64,000 nucleotides of DNA from Hemiscyllium ocellatum (taxonomy: Eukaryota), in the NCBI RefSeq assembly GCF_020745735.1, contig NW_026867476.1:3020427-3084426 (forward strand). Reading direction: 5' to 3'. The notes beneath the pieces are model-generated. The model searched no databases. It had not been told where the DNA came from and was given only the letters and a program-made list of their open reading frames with translations. Position 1 is the first letter of the stretch, and the number at the start of each line of letters is the position of its first letter. Positions 21,500 to 34,083 of this stretch are shown piece after piece. A program made the translations under genes and the position numbers.

Positions 21500-22400
21500 C
21501 AATATAGAACAATACAGCATAGAACAGGCCCTTCGGCACACGATATTGTGCCGAACATTTGTCCTAGCTTAAGCACCTATCCATGTACCTATCCAATTGC
21601 CGCTCAAAGGTCACCAATGATTCTGACTCTGCCACTCCCACAGGCAGCGCATTCCATGCCCCCACCACTCTCTGGGTAAAGAACCTACCCCTGACATCCC
21701 CCCATCCCTTCCACCCTTCACCTTAAATTTATGTCCCCTTGTAACACTGTGTTGTACCCGGGGGAAAAGTCTCTGACTGTCTACTCTATCTGTTCCCCTG
21801 ATCGTCTTATAAACCTCTATCAAGTCACCTCTCATCCTTTGCCGTTCCAATGAGAAAAGGTCTAGCACTCTCAACCTATCCTCATACGACCTATTCTCCA
21901 TTCCAGGCAACATCCTGGTAAATCTCCTCTGCACCCTCTCCAAAGCTTCCATATCTTTCCTAAAATGAGGCGACCAGAACTGCACACAGTACTCCAAATG
22001 TGGCCTTACCAAGGTCCTGTACAGCTGCAACATCACCTCATGACTCTTGAATTCAATCCCTCTGCTAATGAACGCTAATCCACCATAGACCTTCTTACAA
22101 GCTCTATCCATCTGAGTGGCAACTTTCAAAGATCTATGAACACCGACCCCAAGATCTTTCTGCTCCTCCACCTTACTAAGAACCCTACCGTTAACCCTGT
22201 ATTCCACATTCTTATTTGTCCTTCCAAAATGGACAACCTCACACTTGACAGGGTTGAACTCCATCTGCCATTCTTCAGCCCAGCTCTGCATCATATCTAA
22301 GTCCCTTTGCAGCTGACAACAACCCTCCTCACTATCCACAACTCCACCAATCTTCGTATCATCTGCAAATTTACTGACCCACCTTTCAACTTCCTCTTCC
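21500..22400 (-). mobile_element. CR1 LINE 3' portion
   Basis: ORF 21611-22477: VSKFADDTKIGG...WQMEFNPVKCEV...LVRPHLEYCVQFWSP; 3' UTR with ttcta-type tail. Confidence 0.9.
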
Positions 22401-23109
22401 AAGACTCTGGAACAGCTTGGTCGAGATCTGTGCTCGTTATAGATATTGACAGGCTTTGTTTCCTCAGCTTGACACATGTATTACCAACATGCACTGCAGA
22501 AAGCCACCAAAGATCCTTAAACAATACCTTCTAAATGAACAACCACTTCCATCTCAAAGGGCCAGGATTCTTGGGAACACAACCACTTGCAAGTACCCCT
22601 CCAAACCACTCACCATCTTGACTTGAAAATATATTGTTCTTCCTTCAGTCTTGCTGGGTCGAAATCCTGGGATTTCGCTCCCCATGTGGCATTGTGGGTC
22701 ACTGTATAGCGTGAGGACTGCAGCGGTTCAAGAAGGCAGCTCACCACTACCTTCTCAAAGGAAACTAAATGCTGTCCAGCCAACGATGTCCATGTACCAC
22801 TAGTAACTTTTAATAAATTATGGAAACAGAGTCTGAAAACTAAAATAAAAATCAGTGTTAAGGAGGGAGAGATGGAGGGCATTGATTCGGTCATTATTTG
22901 AGGACAGATAAAGAGCGATGTATTGAAGTGAAAATAGAGTTTACAGTTGAACATCTGTAGTGTTTCAAATCTAAAATCAATTAAAGATTGTCTCCTGATG
23001 TGTACTTCACTAACACGTGAATAGGAAGGTTAAGAAGGTAAATGGGACACTTGCTTTCATTACTTTAATCTAGTGCGTTCCTGGAGATAGAGGATAATGG
23101 CAGCTTTAT

Positions 23110-23408
23110 CTCCCACAATCCCATGCACTCCAGACACCGCTCTATGGGCCGCGGGCAGTACCAATGAAAGCGGTGAGGGTGGTGCAGGTGCGCACGTGAG
23201 ATCGGTGTGGTTCAACATTCCTTATTGTTCTGATGGAAGTGGAGCCTAACCAATAGAAAACCCTGGAGGACCGGAGAGCACTGGTCCTCCCGCCAATCAA
23301 CGCCCTCGTATTGCCTGAATGCGGACGTTGGACCATGAGCTCCTGAAGCTGCTGCTCCTCTCTGAGTGAAGATTGAGCTTCATCTGCAAGTTCCTCCCTC
23401 CAATGTCT
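23110..23408 (+). promoter_or_regulatory. ZNF promoter/exon-1 cassette copy 3 (no adjacent coding exon seen)
   Basis: CCAAT x3, E-box CACGTG, GCGGACGTTGGACCATGAGCTCCTGA, donor CT|GTGAGTACAG at 23409. Confidence 0.7.
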
Positions 23409-23749
23409 GTGAGTACAGCACTCTCTTTTCTCACCTTCCCTTCCTTTTCTCATCCTGGGGTTCAACTGTTGGTTTGTAGGAGCTGGAGGGAAAGGAAGTC
23501 AATCCAGGGGAGGGGACAGACTCTGGAACAGGTTGGTCGAGATCTGTGTTCATTATGGACATTGACAGGCTTTGTTTCCTCAGCTTGACACGTGTATTTA
23601 TCTGTCAAAAAGGATGGCCTCTTGATCTGCCATCAGGACAGATGCAAGAATGTTGAATCTGCATGAGAAACGGGGTCAGATTCCCTCTGAGGGCTCTTAG
23701 TGAGAGCTTGTTGATTTGATTTGATTTATTGCCACATGTACCACAATTA

Positions 23750-24897
23750 GTTGGAGGAGTTGTGGATAGCATGGAGGGCTGTTGTAGGTTACAACAAGCT
23801 ATTGACAAGATGCCAAACTAGGCTGATAAGTGGTCGATGGTGCTCAACCATCACTTTGGAAGGTCAAATTTGAATGCAGAATACAGGGTTAAAGGCAGGA
23901 TTCTTGGCAGTGTGGAGGAACAGAGGGATCTTGGGGTCCATGCCCACAGATCCCTCAAAGTTGCCACCAAGTTGATAGGGTTATTAAGAAGGCACATGGT
24001 GTGTTTACTTTCATTAGCAGGGGGATTGAGTTTAAGGGCTGTGAGGTTATGCTGCAGCTCTATAGAATCCTGGTTAGACCACACTTGGAATATTGTGTTC
24101 AGTTCTGGTCGCCTCTTTACAGGAAAGATGTGAAAGCTCAGAGAGGGTGCAGAGGAGATTTACCAGGATGCTGCCTGGACTGGAGGGCATGTTTTAAGAA
24201 GAATGGTTGAGGGAGCTATGGCTTTTCTCATTGGAGCGAAGAAGGTTGAGAGGTGATTTGATAGAGGTGTATTAGATATTGAGACACATAGACAGAGTGG
24301 TTAGCCTTGGCAGAAATGTCTATTATAAGGGGGCATATTTTTAAGGTTATTGGAGGAAGGTTTAGGGGAGGGTTTTTACTCAGAGAGTGGTGGGTGCATG
24401 GAACGCACTGCCAGCAGTGGTAGAAGAGTCAGACAGAGAACAGCCAGGGAATTCCTAGAGGCATGGCATTCATCCACAAACTCCATCAACAAACACATCG
24501 ACCTGGACCCAATATACCAACCACTACAGCAGACAGCTGAAACTGACAACCGGAAGCGGCAAGGACAGACCACTATAAATACCGGAAGATACATCAAAGA
24601 AGCGCTTCGCAGGAGGCTCCAAAGCACTGATGATGTCACCTAGCCAGGGGACGAAACGTTTGCAACAAAAACTTCCAGCTCGGCGAACACAACCACAACA
24701 ACGAGCACCCGAGCTACAAATCTTCGCACCAACCTTGAAGAGTCAGATACGTTAGGGACATTTAAGTAACTCTTGGATAGGCACTGGATGTTAGTACAAT
24801 GAAGGGTATGGAGGTTAGTCTGATCTTAGAGTAGGATAAAAGGCCAGCACAACATTGGGTACCGAAGGGCCTGTATTGTGCTGAGCTATGTTCTATG
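23750..24897 (+). mobile_element. CR1 LINE 3' portion (decayed), interrupted by a PLE
   Basis: LGSVEEQRDLGV and LYRILVRPHLEYCVQFWSP motifs; 3' UTR tatgttctatg. Confidence 0.85.
24434..24736 (+). mobile_element. 5'-truncated PLE (second family, Poseidon-like) with hammerhead motif at 24624-24663
   Basis: 11-bp TSD GAAGAGTCAGA (24423-24433, 24737-24747); GIY-YIG tail AREFLEAWHSSTNSINKHIDLDPIYQPL; GCA-CTGATGA-T-GTCACCT(AGCC)AGGGGAC-GAAA-C-GTT-TGC. Confidence 0.85.
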
Positions 24898-24939
24898 TAC
24901 CCAAGTTCAGACAAAGGTTTTGTTTTGTGAGCAGTACAG

Positions 24940-25442
24940 TCAGACCTTAGCAAACAAGGACATGTAGGTCATACAGTTCTTAGAGACAGCGAGGCAAAAA
25001 GCGAGGTTGCACAGGAGATGCACAAAGGCAAGGTCAACATTTGATTTGAAATTTGAGAGGTCAATTCAACAGACTAATAATGGTATGGAAGAAGCTATTA
25101 TTGAACCTGGTGCATGTGTTCAAGCTTCTGCCAGACGGGAGAGGTTGTAGTGGGGGTGGGAATGGTCTTTGATGATGTTGGCAGCCTTTCCGCGGCAACG
25201 AGAAGTATAGATCGATTCCATGGATGAGAGGTTGGACTCTATGATGGATAGTGTTGTGCGTACAACCTTCTGTAGTTTCTTCTGGTCCTGGGCAGAGCGG
25301 TTGCCGTACCAGGCCATGATGAACCCAGATACAATGCTTTCTGTGGTGCATCTATAAAGGTTGGTGAGGGTCCTTATGGACATGCTGAATTTCCTAAGCC
25401 TCCTGAGGAAGAAAAGGCATTGTTGTACCTTCTTGACCATTG
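24940..25442 (-). mobile_element. Rex1/Babar 3' fragment
   Basis: KKVQQCLFFLRRLRKF...LYRCTTESIVSG..AWYGN..KKLQKVV motif. Confidence 0.75.
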
Positions 25443-25759
25443 CATGGGTAGATTTAGATATTTAGCTGCTCTTTTCTCATTCTTACTAACTCCTTTACTT
25501 GATGCAGTCACACAGTCCGTTTCATACCTTGTGCTAATAGTTTTGAAGGACTTCTTTAGAAGGATAAGATATCATGAGGGGCAAAAATAGTGTACATGCA
25601 TGATATTAAATCTTTAGACTTGATTATGTTTTAATGAACAGAACAGCTTATTTATGGTAAAATGTGTAAACTGAACAGGCATTATGAAGAGTAAGAGTGC
25701 AAAGTATTTATTGCAAGATAAAACAGGACTGAGCCTGCACAGCTTTGACAAGAGGAGGT

Positions 25760-26990
25760 GATTGTCTGATTAATCTGTTAGGATTATTTGAGCAGGTAAA
25801 GAGTCAGTTAGAGAAAGGAAAACCAATGGACATGACCGATTGCATTTCCAGAAGGCCTTTGACAAGATGCTCAATAGGATGAGTCCTTGGTGTTAGGGGC
25901 AAGGTACTGGCACAGACCGAGGATTGGCTGACTGTCAGAAGACAGACAGTGGGGGAAAAAGGGGTCTTTTTCAGGATGGGGCAAAGGGAATTCCAGAAGG
26001 GGGGGTGTGTGCTGGAACCTCAACTCTTCATGTTAGGTGCAAACAATCTGGACAAAGGGAACTGAGGACATTGTTGTCTACCACAGATAACACAACAGTA
26101 GGTGGAGGGAAAGGGAGCAGTTGAGGAAGTAGGGAAGCTGAAAGAAGGGTATGGACAGGCCAGGAGAATGGCCAGAGAAGGGGCAGATGGAATACAATGT
26201 GGCAAAATGTGAGGTTGTCCACTTTGGTGGGAAGATGAGAAGCAGAGACTATTTTCAAAATGGGAAAGACTTCAGAAATGTGAAACACAATGGGACTTGG
26301 GATACCCAGCTCAGGTTTCCCTTAAGGTAAACCTGCAGGTTCAGTGAGCAGTTCGGAAGCAATGTTCGCATTCATTGTTAAGAGGGTTAGAATACAAGAG
26401 CAGGGATGTACTGTGGAGGCTGTATAAGGCTCTGGTCAGACCACATTTGGAACATTGTGAGCAGTTTTGGGCTCTGTATCTGAGGAAGGATGTGCTGGTA
26501 TTGGAGGGGGGTTGGTTTCGGAGGAGGTTTACAAGAATGATCATGGGGTTGAAAGGCTTGCCAAATGAGGAGCGTTTGAGGACTCTGGATCTGGATGAGG
26601 TGGCGTTTAGAAGGATGGGGGGGTTGGAGGTTGAGCCTCACAGGAGACTGAGAGGCCTGGATAGAGTGGGTGTGGAGAAGATGTTTCCACTTGTAGGAGA
26701 GATCCAGGACCCAAGAGCGCAGCCTCAGAGTGAAGGAGTAACCCTGAGATGAGGAGGAATTTCTTCAGCCAGACAGTGCTTAATCTGTAACACTCACTGA
26801 GGGGGACTGTAGAGGGCAAGCCATTGAGTGCATTTAAGACCGTGATCGATCGGTTGTTGATTAGTGAAGGGATCAAGGGTGACTGGGTGAAGGCAGGAGT
26901 ATGAGGTTGAGAAACATATCAGCTATGATCGAATGATGGAGCAGGCCCAATGGGCTGAATGGCCCATTTCTGCTCCTTTTTATTATGCTC
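25760..26990 (+). mobile_element. CR1 LINE ORF2/3' UTR (decayed)
   Basis: FQKAFDK-like and LYKALVRPHLEHCEQFW motifs with frameshifts. Confidence 0.8.
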
Positions 26991-27656
26991 TACTGAAACA
27001 TGATTGGTTATAATTCATACACTGTGTATCTAGGATGGGAAGGAGGTGAGTGTTGGTCTGTCAGTCAGACCCTTCAGGAGAATGGGGAGGGATATTAGGT
27101 ACAGCAGAATGAGAATGGAGGGAAGAGGGTGTGGGATGGAGCTTTATAGCTTTTAGTGAATGAGAGAGGGCTTAGATGTTCCTGGACTAGAACAGTCTGT
27201 TCTGAATTTCTATCCTGCACTTCCTCAGGCAACTCGTTCCACACACACGCCACCCTCTGCGTAAAATCATTGCCCCTTGGACCCCCTTTAAATCTCACCA
27301 TAAATCTCCGGCCTCGAGGTTTGGACTCCACTACCCTGGGGAAATGTTAGATCTTGTATTCTCTGATGAGAGTCTGAGTCACGGGACGGTTTCAGGTAAT
27401 CTATATTGCAGTATTTTCAGTAATCTATTTTCAGTACAGCTTCATTTCTTCAGAGCAATAAGGCACACCAAAAGCTTTGAGGTATATTAACTTAAACAGT
27501 TTCAACTTGGAGCACACACCCCTAGTCCCCTCTTGATTGCTATTGGTCAGCGCCACCCAGTTATCCCTTTGTAATTGGCTCTCTGGTCCATAACTGGCTT
27601 ATACAGTTTCAGCTGACCTCAATGTAATTCCAATGAAGCTAATCGTTTCACTGAAT

Positions 27657-27968
27657 GGGCGGCACGGTGGCACAGCGGTTAGCACTGCTGCCTCACAGCG
27701 CCTGAGACCCGGGTTCAATTCCCAACTCAGGCGACTGACTGTGTGGAGTTTGCACGTTCTCCACCTATCTGCGTGGGTTTCCTCCGGGTGCTCCGGTTTC
27801 CTCCCACAGTCCAAAGATGTGCGGGTCAGGTGAATTGGCCATGCTAAATTGTCCGTAGTGTTAGGTCAGGGGTAAATGTAGGGGTATGGGTGGCTTGCGC
27901 TTCGGCGGGTCGGTGTGGACTTGTTGGGCCGAAGGGCCTGTTTCCACACTGTAAGTAATCTAATCTAA
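27657..27968 (+). mobile_element. HE1/V-SINE, full length, young
   Basis: GGGCGGCACGGTGGCACAGCGGTTAGCACTGC head, B box GGTTCAATTCC, V-domain, (taatc)n tail. Confidence 0.9.
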
Positions 27969-28684
27969 AAAAAAAGAGATGGACAGGCTTGTGGTCCGAC
28001 CTGGACCTTTGTGACATTTCCCCGACTCTCTTATCTCCTTCCTTGAGGCTTTTTCACACTGGATCCTGTATTCAAGTAACATTTACCAGCTGCACTGTGT
28101 TAACTGCCAATTCATTGGATACTTGCCCATCACTTCAGGAACCTTTTAAATTCCTCATTACAGGCGATCCAAAAGGATCAGTTCCAACAAAGTTATGTGG
28201 TTACACCTAATGTCAGAATTCTTCAGCTAACAAGTTGTTGCTTCCCATATTTACCAGACACCTCTATGTTTACCTTTGGATGTCTTATAACATGTGCATT
28301 CACCTCACATTCCAATGTCTGCCTATTTCTGTCTCTGTGATTCGTTCCTCTCTGTAATGAGACGGGGGCTGCTTTTATTGTCTGATACTGGTTGGAATCT
28401 TTTCCTAAAATGCTTTAAGTGATTTTTTTGTGTATAGTTAGATTTGTAACTACTGTGGAATCTATATCTATGATTATTTGAAGGATCTTAACTGAAACTT
28501 ACTCTTAGTATTGTATCAGATTAATTAAATGATTCCATAGACACAACAAATTGGGGTGAAATGGTCCTATCTATGTTTTATGCAGCTGCACATTCTATCC
28601 CAGTTCTGTTACATGGAGTTACTATTGTTTTACTTGTCAGAACTATATTAAGCAAACATTTTTCCCACAGTCTCTAACTCCTGT

Positions 28685-29300
28685 CATTTTTTAGAATAGA
28701 TTGCAGGTTTCAGTTCATTGATATATAAATCCCAGAACCTCTTTTAAGTCACAGTGTGGAGATCACTTAAGGTTTTATAAAAAGAGGTGACATCTTAGCT
28801 CAGACAATGCATGAAAGGTGTGAGGTAAGAGTCTGTCTTGAGTCAGACTGGTTCTGTTTCCAAATTAGGAATTTATAAAATATGAAATGGATTGAGTGCC
28901 TGCAGATCTGGCTCAAAAATCGCACAACAAAATGTATCTGCAAGTGCAAATTCACCCCATAGACTATATGTATGTGTGCATGCGAGAGTGTGAGTGAGTG
29001 TGTGCATTCGTGTGAGTGCATGTGAGAGAGCATGTGTTTGCATGTATGTGTACATGCTTGGTAAGGTGTGAGTGTGAAGGCGTATAAGCCTGTGAGAGGG
29101 TGTGTGCGTGGGTGTGTGTGTGGGGGGTGTATGTGTGTATGAGTGTGCGAGAGTGTGTGTGTGTGAGTGTGTGTGTGTGTGTGTGAGAGAGAGAGGGAGA
29201 ATGTGTACAGTGTAGCTGGATCTCCTGTAGTGTAACATGAACCCACGGTCTCAGTTGAGGCCATCCTCATGATTCTGAACTTGGCTATCAGCCTCTGCTC
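28685..29300 (-). mobile_element. PLE (Neptune-like) 3' fragment with (CA)n-rich tract
   Basis: AEQRLIAKFR..DGLN (GIY-YIG tail) followed by a CA-rich microsatellite; same family as 31236-33395. Confidence 0.7.
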
Positions 29301-30466
29301 AGCTACTAGAAATGATGAAGCAGTTACACAGCACACATTGGAGAGGACAGGGTGGGACTTGTCTTTCGATTTGCAGAAGGTTGGAGGCTCTAGACGCTGT
29401 GACCCAGGGAAAACACATGCTACAGGACCTTCGGCTCAGAGAGATGGAGCTGGAAGCCAGGCTGCAGATACATTGGGGGGAAGCAGACACTTTATTCTGG
29501 GAGATGGTCTTTCCCTCCGGCCAGAGCCTTCTGATTGGGTCAGTGGACAGGTTCAGGAGGGTGTGAGCCAGGGTCAAGCAGATGAAGGGGATCTGACAGA
29601 GGGCTGCAGGGGGCAGGAGCTAACTGGCTGGGTGGTGGGAGTAAGAACAACGTCAGGGAGGGGGGAGGTAAGGGACAGAATAGTGACAGGGATTGTTTTC
29701 AATCTGTGCACTTGGTGGTCGGAGGCCAGATGGCATCGGTGTCTGTCTGCGCAAGGATTTGGGAACCAATGTGCTCAGGACTAGAGAAATGGGAAAGAGA
29801 GGTTGCAGCGGGTGTGGTCCAACAGAGGAGAGAGCCTCTGCTGAGGGCACATGAGAAGGTAGAAGCTACAAATACAAAGCAGAACCTCAAAGCTCTGGGT
29901 CCTTGGTGGCTCAGTGGTTAGCACCGCTGCTTCACAGCACCATGAGCCTGGATTCGATTCCACCCTTGGGCAACTGTCTCTATATAGTTTGGTATGTTCT
30001 CCCCCATGTGTCTGTGTGGATTACCTCTGGGTGTTCCTAGTTTCCTCCAATGGTCCAAAGATCTGCACATTAGAGTGGATCAGCCGTGCTAAAGTGCCCA
30101 GAGATGTGCAGGTTAGCTTACATCTTTCATCTTTGAGAATGACCATGTTAGTTTCAGTTCCTTCAATTGTAAATCCCAAAACTTTTTTAAAGCTGTGTTC
30201 CCAAAAATCGATTTTAACAATAGGTATCATCTCAGACAATGCATTGAAGATGTGAAGTTATAGTTGTCTGTGTCCCAATGTTATGTCAGACTGATTCTAT
30301 TTCGAGTATGGGAGTTACAGAGTCTTACATGAATTTATGCAGTTTTTGAGCAATTCAGAATAGAATGGACTATTGCAAGGAAGTGTACGGACAACTGACC
30401 AGGAACACTGCTGGCTGATCCGACCAAAGAGCACACCCGTGAACTAACAACATTGATCATTAGTGG

Positions 30467-30538
30467 AACAGAGTGGTGCAGTAGAAGTGTGCTGAGCTTA
30501 TAACCCAGAGGTCGATGGATCGAAACTATCTTCTGCTA
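30467..30538 (+). pseudogene. Initiator tRNA-Met pseudogene
   Basis: 72 nt, colinear with the vertebrate iMet tRNA (AGCAGAGTGGCGCAGC...GGATCGAAACCATCCTCTGCTA, recalled from memory) with 10 transitions; anticodon CAT>TAT; no encoded CCA. Confidence 0.85.
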
Positions 30539-30550
30539 TTTACTTTATCA

Positions 30551-30810
30551 GGTGGCTCAGTGGTTAGCGTTGCTGCCTCACTATGCCAGGGACCTGGGTT
30601 CAGTTCTCGCCTGGGGTGACTGTGTGGAGTTTGCATCTTCTCCCCGTGTCTGCATGGGTTTGCTCCGGTTTCCTCCCACAGTCCAAAGATGTGCAGGTTA
30701 GGGTGGATTGGCCATGCTAAATTGCCCATAGTGTTCAGGGATGTGTATGTTAGGGGCATTAGTCAGGGGTGAAGTAGAGTAGTCGGGGAGTGGATCTGGA
30801 TGGGTTACTC
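30551..30810 (+). mobile_element. HE1/V-SINE
   Basis: ggtggctcagtggttagc head and V-domain. Confidence 0.8.
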
Positions 30811-30825
30811 TTTGATAAGTCGGAC

Positions 30826-31216
30826 TTTTCTCTCTGAAGAGAAGGAGGAAGAGACGTGACCTGATCTAGGTATACAAGATAATGAGTGAAATAGATAGAG
30901 TCAATAGCCAGAGATTGGGACAGGATTGACTGGCACGAGGAGTCATAGTTTTAAGATATTAGTAGAGAGGTATAGAGGGGGCATCAGAGGTAGGTTCTTT
31001 ACGCAGAGAATTGTGAATGCACGGAATGCGTTGCCAGCGGTGGTGGTGGAAGCAGAGTCATTGGGGACATTTAAGCGACTGCTGGACATGCACATGGACA
31101 GCAGTGAATTGAGAGGTGCATAGGTTAAGCTATTTTATTTTATATTAGGATTAATCCTCAGTACAATATTGTGGGCCAAAGGGCCTGTTCTGTGCTGTAC
31201 CTTTCTATGTTCTATG
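30826..31216 (+). mobile_element. CR1 3' end
   Basis: RGRFFTQRIVNARNALPAVVVEA; tail tctatgttctatg. Confidence 0.8.
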
Positions 31217-31235
31217 AGTTTCGATCCAATCCTAC

Positions 31236-33395
31236 GTGCCCTCATCCCACGAATTCTCACGAAAGCGACTTCTACTGCCCTCCGAAGATACACAAAGCCA
31301 ACACACTAGGATGTTCAGTGTATCAGGCCACGGGACCCTGTGTGAGAACTTCTCTGGCTATGTTGAAGGCATCTTGAAACCCATTGTGCAGGGGACCCCA
31401 AGCTTCTGTCACGACATTACAGATTTCTACCAGAAACTCAGCACCCACGGACCAGTCGAATCAGGAACATTCTTTGTCACAATGGACGTGTCAGCACTTT
31501 ACACCAGCATTCCCCACGATGATGGCATCACGGTAACAGCCTCAGTACTCAATACCAACAACTGCCAATCTCTGAGCATCCTCACAACATATCTGCTTCA
31601 TCCTTGACCACAACATTTTCACCTTTGACAACCAGTTCTTCATCCAGACACATGGAACAGCCATGGGGACCAACTTTGCACCCCAGTATGCCAACATTTT
31701 CATGCATAGGTTCAAACAAGACTTCTTTTCTGCACAGGACCTCCAACCAACACTATACACCAGATATACTGACAATATTTCTTCCTCTGGACTCATGGTG
31801 AGGAGTCACTGAAACAACCACACAGTTTCATCCCACCATCACACTCACCATGTATCTGTCTCATTCTTGGACACATGCATCTCTATCTAGGATGGGCGTC
31901 TCAGCACTTCCATGTATCGCAAACCCATGGATAACCTGACAATGCTACACTTCTCTAGCTTCCACCTGAAACATATTAAAACAGCCATCCCCTATGGACA
32001 AGCCTTTCACATACATAGGATCTATTCAGGTGAGGAGGAACATGACAGACACTCGGAAGTAAACAAGCATGCTCTCATAAGAGCGGGATACAATGCTCAA
32101 CTCATCAACTGCTAGTTCCAATGTGTCACAGTGAGAAACCGTAATGATCGCCTCAGGAGACAGACATGAGCTGCAACCAATATGGTACCCTTTGTGTCCA
32201 GTACTTCTCGGGAGCTGAAATACCACGCCATGTTCTTCGCAGCCTGCTACATATTAGCGATCAGGATAAGCATCTCATCAAGACCTTCTCCATATCTCCA
32301 CGTCTTGCCTTCAAACAGCTGCCAAACCTTAAACAGATCATTGTTCACTGCAAACTGCCTGGCCTTCAGGACAACATGATGCAACCTTGTCATGGCAGAT
32401 ACTGCAAGACATGTCAGAGCGTCGACACGATCACTAGGTACTCATGTGAATCGGCTAACATTGTGTACCTCATATGCTGCAGGAAATGATATGCTGAGGC
32501 ATGGTATATTGACGAGACCGAGCAGAGGTGACAGCAATGGATTAATGGACACTGTACAACAATCACCAGGCAGGAGTGTTCCCTCCCAGTTGAGGAACAC
32601 TTCAGCAGTCCAGGACATTCAGCCTCAGACCTTCGGGTGACCATCCTCTAAGGCGGACTTCAGGACAGGCAACAACGGAAAGTGGATGACCAAAGGCTGA
32701 TATCCAAATTTGGTACCCATGGGAATGGCCTCAACAGGAACCTTGGGATCATGTCACGCTCCAGGTGACCCCATTACATTATGCACTCTCTTTGTCTCAC
32801 ACACACATGCACACAAGTGCGCACTCACACAAATACATGCTCCTCCAAAACAATACACCCACAGACCCTCTCTCATGCACAAGTGCTCATATGCTCTTTC
32901 TCTCACACACACCCTGTCACAGACTTATACCCCCCACACACCCATGCACTCTGTTTCCCCGAGTTTGTGGGATGAATTTGCACTTGCAGAATTACATTTT
33001 ATTTTGCTCAAAAACTGCATAAATACACGTGAGATTCTGTAATATCACTTTAGAAATAGAATCAGCCTGACATAACATTGGACCACAGACAGACTTTAAC
33101 CTTCAGTGCATTATCTGAGCTGAGATGACACCTATTGTTAAAAGCTATCTTGAGCATGTAACTTTAAAAAAGTGCTGGAATTTACATTCGAAGGAACCGA
33201 AACTAAAGTGGTCATTCTAAAAGACGTGAGCTAAATTTGTCTAATATTACATTCCATAACACTGCAATCCTGTTGCTGTAATGTCTGCGTCTTATGATTA
33301 TGCTCCACAACCATCCGATGAAGAAGCAGCGCTTCGAACGCCAGTGATTGAAACAAACCTGTTGGACTATAACCTGGCGTTGTGTGATTTATAAC
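31236..33395 (+). mobile_element. Decayed Penelope-like element (Neptune-like): RT, Cys linker, GIY-YIG, terminal repeat
   Basis: FYCPPKIHK, FVTMDVSALYTSIPHDDG, GTAMG..FAPQYANIFM, YRKPMD, PCHGRYCKTC, CESANIVYLICC..AWYI; terminal repeat with a degenerate hammerhead (CCGATGAAGAAGCAGCGCTTCGAA, ~33315). Confidence 0.85.
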
Positions 33396-33424
33396 TTAGA
33401 AAATCTGTCAGTGATACCAGCATC

Positions 33425-33730
33425 TCCATACTGCGCATGCTCCTCGGTGTCAGCAGCCACTACGTGTGTTCGGCGGGTGTCAGCAAAACACTGCGCATGC
33501 TCCTGTGGCACACGGAAACGCCCCGCGGCATTGTTTTGCTGGACCAACGGGAGACTCTGGAGGACCGGATGGAAACTGGTCCTCCAGCCAATCACAGCAA
33601 ACCCATAGTCTGGATGCGGAAGTTGGTCCATGAGCTTCTGAAGCTGCTAAACCCCCCCCTCTCTCTCTCTCTCTGAAGGAAGATTGAGCTTCACCCCAGA
33701 CTGCAACTTCCTTCCTCTGTCCAAATATCT
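33425..33730 (+). promoter_or_regulatory. Promoter and non-coding exon 1 of ZNF gene 3 (cassette copy 4)
   Basis: Two CTGCGCATGCTC (NRF1-like), CCAAT, GCGGAAGTTGGTCCATGAGCTTCTGA, donor CT|GTGAGTACAG at 33731; acceptor TTTTTGCAG|GA at 38545. Confidence 0.75.
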
Positions 33731-33850
33731 GTGAGTACAGCACTCTCTCTTCTCACCCCCTTTTTCCATTCCAGGGTTCAGTTGTTGACTTGCAGGAACT
33801 GAAGGGAAAGGGAGTGAATCCAGGGAGGGGACAGACTCTGGGAAAGTTAA

Positions 33851-34083
33851 GAGCTGAAAATGTGTTGCTGGAAAAGCGCAGCAGGTCAGGCAGCATCCAA
33901 GGAGCAGGAGAATTCGACGTTTCGGGCATGAGCCCTTCTTCAGGAAGGAGGAAGGGCTCCTGAAGAAGGGCTCATGCCTGAAACGTCGATTCTCCTGCTC
34001 CTTGGATGCTGCCTGACCTGCTGCGCTTTTCCAGCAACACATTTTCAGCTCTGGTCTCCAGCACCTGCAGTCCTCACTTTCTC
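33851..34083. mobile_element. Fold-back PLE terminal-repeat insertion with two opposed hammerhead motifs
   Basis: 15-bp TSD CTCTGGGAAAGTTAA (33836-33850, 34084-34098); ~95-bp inverted arms; CTGAAGA-A-GGGCTCATGCC(C/T)-GAAA-C-GTC on both strands. Confidence 0.85.

Noticed and set aside
28800-29336. His/Thr-rich ORFs (also 32710-33042)
   Set aside because: Translations of (CA)n microsatellite tracts within PLE 3' regions.
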